From: Candidatus Woesearchaeota archaeon
GTDB lineage: Archaea; Nanobdellota; Nanobdellia; Woesearchaeales; JABMPP01
Length of the DNA: 64,000 bases
Reading direction: 5' to 3'
Assembly (NCBI GenBank): GCA_018303405.1
Contig: JAGVYD010000009.1
Span: 195,045 to 259,044, forward strand
Shown: piece after piece, positions 61,390-64,000 of the stretch
Numbering within the stretch: the stretch's first letter is position 1
Layout of the letters: each line of letters starts with the position of its first letter
Position numbers and translations under genes: made by a program
The notes under the pieces: generated by a model
The model's database searches: none
Told to the model about the DNA's origin: nothing
What the model saw: only the letters and a program-made list of their open reading frames with translations

Positions 61390-61454
61390 AATTAACAATA
61401 GTTAATTAATGCTTATTGCTTTTTCCTTTTGCTATGACAATTAACCCCGTTAAT
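61390..61454. promoter_or_regulatory. Two ATTAAC-N3/4-GTTAAT palindromes, each next to a TATA-like box, upstream of sufB
   Basis: AATTAAC-AATA-GTTAATT lies at about 61390-61407, immediately after TTTATAAATA. ATTAAC-CCC-GTTAAT lies at about 61440-61454, followed by ACATTATAAAG. The sufB ATG is at 61519. Confidence 0.35.
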
Positions 61455-61518
61455 GACTTAACATTATAAAGCGCAAAATCAATCCAGAATATGGCCCTTT
61501 GGCTAAATTACCAATACC

Positions 61519-62928
61519 ATGGATCCCGACAATATCATCCAGGCAACAATCTCCAAGGAAGACTTGGACACGCCCAATGAAGAACGGTACAAGTTCAAGG
61601 CATCGCTTGGCCTAACCAGGGAAATAGTGGAAACCATATCCAGGATGAAGAATGAGCCAGACTGGATGCTCCAGAAAAGGCTTCATTCCTTTGATGTTTT
61701 CATGCAAAAGGACATCCCAAAATGGGGGGTTGACCTGTCGCCTTTGGACCTTAAGCAGATTATCTACTACATGCGGCCCGACGCCGAAAGAACGCAAAAA
61801 TGGGAAAACCTTCCTGAGGATATCAAGAAAACATTTGAAAGGCTCGGCATCCCTGCTGCTGAAAGAACGGTTCTCGGGGGTGCGGGTGCGCAATACGAGT
61901 CTGATGTTGTCTATCACAGCCTGAAAAAGGAATGGGAGGACAAGGGTGTAATTTTTGAGGATTGTGATGTTGCTGTCAAAAAATATCCGGAGATTGCGAA
62001 AAAATACTTCATGACAAAATGCGTCCCTGCAGAAAACCACAAGTTTGCGGCGCTTCACGGCGCTGTTTGGAGCGGTGGCACATTCATTTACGTTCCTGAA
62101 GGAGTCAAGGTAACGATGCCACTGCAGGCATACTTCAGGATGAATGCCAAAAACATGGGGCAGTTTGAGCACACCTTGATCATTGTTGAAAAAAATGCAG
62201 AAGTGCAGTATATTGAAGGATGCTCTGCACCACAATACAGCGTTAATTCTTTGCATGCCGGGTGCGTTGAGATATTTGTCGGCGAGGGGGCAAGGGTAAG
62301 ATACAGCTCAGTTGAAAACTGGAGCAGAAACACCTGGAACCTGAACACCAAGAGGGCGATTGTGGAAAAAAACGCAACCATGGAATGGATTGGCGGGAAT
62401 ATGGGGAGCGGGGTCACAATGCTTTATCCCTGCAGCATGCTGGTCGGCAAAAATGCACGGGCTGACCACATAAGCATAGCTTATGCAGGGAAAGGCCAAA
62501 ACCAGGACACTGGAGCCAAGGTTTTCCACATGGCGCCTAACACAACATCCATAATCAAGTCAAAAAGCATCAGCAACGAAGGGGGCATTGCATCGTACCG
62601 CGGCATGCTGAAAATCATCAAAGGCGCTGTGAACTCAAAAAGCATGGTCAATTGCGATGCGCTAATAATGGATGACATAAGCAAATCCAACACTTTCCCG
62701 TTCATGGATGTAAAGGAGAATGCTGTAGATATTGGCCATGAAGCTACTGTTGGCAAAATCAGCGATGACCAATTGTTTTATCTCATGAGCAGGGGGCTGT
62801 CAACAGAACAGGCAACTCAAATGATTGTATCTGGATTTATCGAGCCCATTGTCAAGGAACTGCCCCTTGAATATGCGGTGGAATTAAACAGGCTTATACA
62901 ACTGCAGATGGAGGGGTCTGTTGGCTAA
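61519..62928 (+). CDS. sufB: Fe-S cluster assembly protein SufB
   Basis: 469 aa with the typical SufB beta-helix region (EHTLIIVEKNAEVQYIEGCSAP, GKGQNQDTGAKV.H.APNT.S.I.SKSIS..GG...YRG) and a C-terminal EATVGKISDDQLFYLMSRGL..EQA..MIV.GF. Confidence 0.95.
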   Translation: MDPDNIIQATISKEDLDTPNEERYKFKASLGLTREIVETISRMKNEPDWMLQKRLHSFDVFMQKDIPKWGVDLSPLDLKQIIYYMRPDAERTQKWENLPEDIKKTFERLGIPAAERTVLGGAGAQYESDVVYHSLKKEWEDKGVIFEDCDVAVKKYPEIAKKYFMTKCVPAENHKFAALHGAVWSGGTFIYVPEGVKVTMPLQAYFRMNAKNMGQFEHTLIIVEKNAEVQYIEGCSAPQYSVNSLHAGCVEIFVGEGARVRYSSVENWSRNTWNLNTKRAIVEKNATMEWIGGNMGSGVTMLYPCSMLVGKNARADHISIAYAGKGQNQDTGAKVFHMAPNTTSIIKSKSISNEGGIASYRGMLKIIKGAVNSKSMVNCDALIMDDISKSNTFPFMDVKENAVDIGHEATVGKISDDQLFYLMSRGLSTEQATQMIVSGFIEPIVKELPLEYAVELNRLIQLQMEGSVG

Positions 62929-62977
62929 GGCAGCTGTGCGATGCACGTCCTGCCTTTAATTGATTAGACTGAAGGAA

Positions 62978-64000
62978 ATGGCAATAAGGCACCAAAACAC
63001 AGAACAAGATTTTGCCCAACATGGCAAAACAGGAAAAATACAGCAATGGCTTGAGGCCATGAGAAAAAAGGCTGAAGAAGCTTTCTTCGACCAAAAGATG
63101 CCCGACAAAATCCATAGCATGAACCTTGACATGGTCAATGGCATGATTGGCGACGGGAAACAGGCAAAAAATGAAAGGGATTCTTCGAACGCGCAAAGGA
63201 TGCCGCAGGGAGTGAAAATAATTTCCGAAAAAAGCCCTGATGCCCTTGCCAGGCAGGGCATAATCATCACGAGCCTTGCAGAGTACCTTGAAAAAAATCC
63301 AGGAATGGCCCAAGGCAGGCTATACTCGCAGAGCTTCACGGAAAATAAATTTGCAGCCATGAATTCAGCTTTCTGGAACAGGGGGATTGCAGTGCACCTG
63401 CAAAAAAATGCAAGGTCAGATGACCCAATTCATATTTCATATGAACTTACTGAAAAGCTAAATTTTGACAGGGCATTGATTGTGGCAGAGCCAGGCAGCA
63501 AAGCCATAATCATGGAATCAGTCCATGCCTCTCCCAATTCTGCTGTTGGCAATGATGAAAAAATATTGAGAAGCCACGCAATTGAGGTTTTTGCAGAAGA
63601 CAGCTCTGAGATTTTCTATGGGAAGATACAAAACATGCCTGACAATGTATATGACATCAGCATAAAGAAGGGAAAGATTTCCAGCAATGCAAAAATTGAC
63701 TGGATGGACTGCACTTTCGGCGGCAGGACAACAGTGTCAGAATGCTTCACAGACTTGGCAGGGCAAGGCGCCAAAACCAACAACTGGGGTTTATTCTATG
63801 GGAACAAGTCCCAAAAATTCGGCATTTTCCTGAGAAACCAGCATTCTGCACAGGATACAGTCAGTGACATGCTGACCAAGGGAATTTTGGATGACAAGGC
63901 GAATTCAATCTATGAAGGCACTGTGAAAATACGGGAGGGTGCAAGGGGCTCAAACGGCTATCAAAAGCAGGATGTTTTAATCCTCAGCCCAAAGGCAGCT
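62978..64000 (+). CDS. sufD: Fe-S cluster assembly protein SufD (3' end beyond the window)
   Basis: Not in the ORF track because no stop is reached. I translated the frame from the ATG at 62978 to 64000 (341 codons) with no stop. The final part reads ...GGRTTVSECFTDLAGQGAKTNNWGLFYG...HSAQDTVSDMLTKGILDDKANSIYEGTVKIREGARGSNGYQKQDVLILSPKA, the SufD pattern. GAAGGA lies upstream of the ATG. Confidence 0.85.
   Translation, partial: MAIRHQNTEQDFAQHGKTGKIQQWLEAMRKKAEEAFFDQKMPDKIHSMNLDMVNGMIGDGKQAKNERDSSNAQRMPQGVKIISEKSPDALARQGIIITSLAEYLEKNPGMAQGRLYSQSFTENKFAAMNSAFWNRGIAVHLQKNARSDDPIHISYELTEKLNFDRALIVAEPGSKAIIMESVHASPNSAVGNDEKILRSHAIEVFAEDSSEIFYGKIQNMPDNVYDISIKKGKISSNAKIDWMDCTFGGRTTVSECFTDLAGQGAKTNNWGLFYGNKSQKFGIFLRNQHSAQDTVSDMLTKGILDDKANSIYEGTVKIREGARGSNGYQKQDVLILSPKAA

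Noticed and set aside
62894-63360. Two minus-strand ORFs (139 and 134 aa) after sufB.
   Set aside because: They are antisense to an open plus-strand frame (62978 to the window end) that translates into a recognisable SufD.

Overview
Archaeal chromosome segment. The archaeal markers are TBP, an archaeal histone, Orc1/Cdc6, both PolD subunits, MCM, FEN1, Hjc, tRNA-splicing endonuclease, RNase P protein p30 and an intron-containing tRNA. Gene packing is tight, with many overlapping or 1-10 nt gene junctions. My guess is a small-genome uncultivated lineage (DPANN-like), but this cannot be proven from the window.

Layout:
(i) 1-21.5 kb is an information-processing core: tyrS, an M24 peptidase, a tldD-pmbA-pan operon, trm5, GDPD, fen1, endA, RNase Z, histone, hjc, then a textbook replication origin directly upstream of an orc1/cdc6-polD(small)-polD(large) operon, and aIF2-beta.
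(ii) 21.5-47.2 kb is a roughly 25 kb island made almost entirely of secreted or membrane-anchored proteins, all but one on the minus strand. It holds a 1440-aa cadherin-like repeat protein, a 920-aa protein with five tandem cysteine-rich repeats, and a duplicated cassette of fimbrial-subunit-like beta-sandwich proteins with mini-proteins and membrane-anchored multi-Ig proteins. It also holds a 2201-aa subtilase/LamG giant and a 1000-aa tail-fibre-like repeat protein. A small HTH gene heads the island, preceded by an array of eight copies of a 15-bp pseudo-palindromic motif.
(iii) 47.2-64 kb holds a MoxR-DUF58-VWA operon, a SpoIIM-like protein, a TBP-MCM-OB-fold run, a ubiquitin-like sulfur carrier with a TtuA/NcsA thiolase, RNase P p30, tRNA-Gly(CCC) with an intron, pepA, sufB and a truncated sufD.

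No transposase, integrase, CRISPR array or rRNA was seen.

Best novelty candidates:
- The fimbrial-like cassette at 30.3-36.7 kb, a possible donor-strand fibre system with no known archaeal pilus machinery nearby.
- The HTH plus 8-site motif array at 46.4-47.2 kb.
- An unannotated C/D box sRNA at about 6773-6840.
- A densely hairpinned 300-nt non-coding gap at 20.6-20.96 kb.

Caveats: all family assignments are by-eye motif recognition with no searches run. The ORF track allows TTG/GTG starts, so several starts were moved to the first in-frame ATG. Coordinates of hand-called non-ORF features are good to about +/-2 nt.
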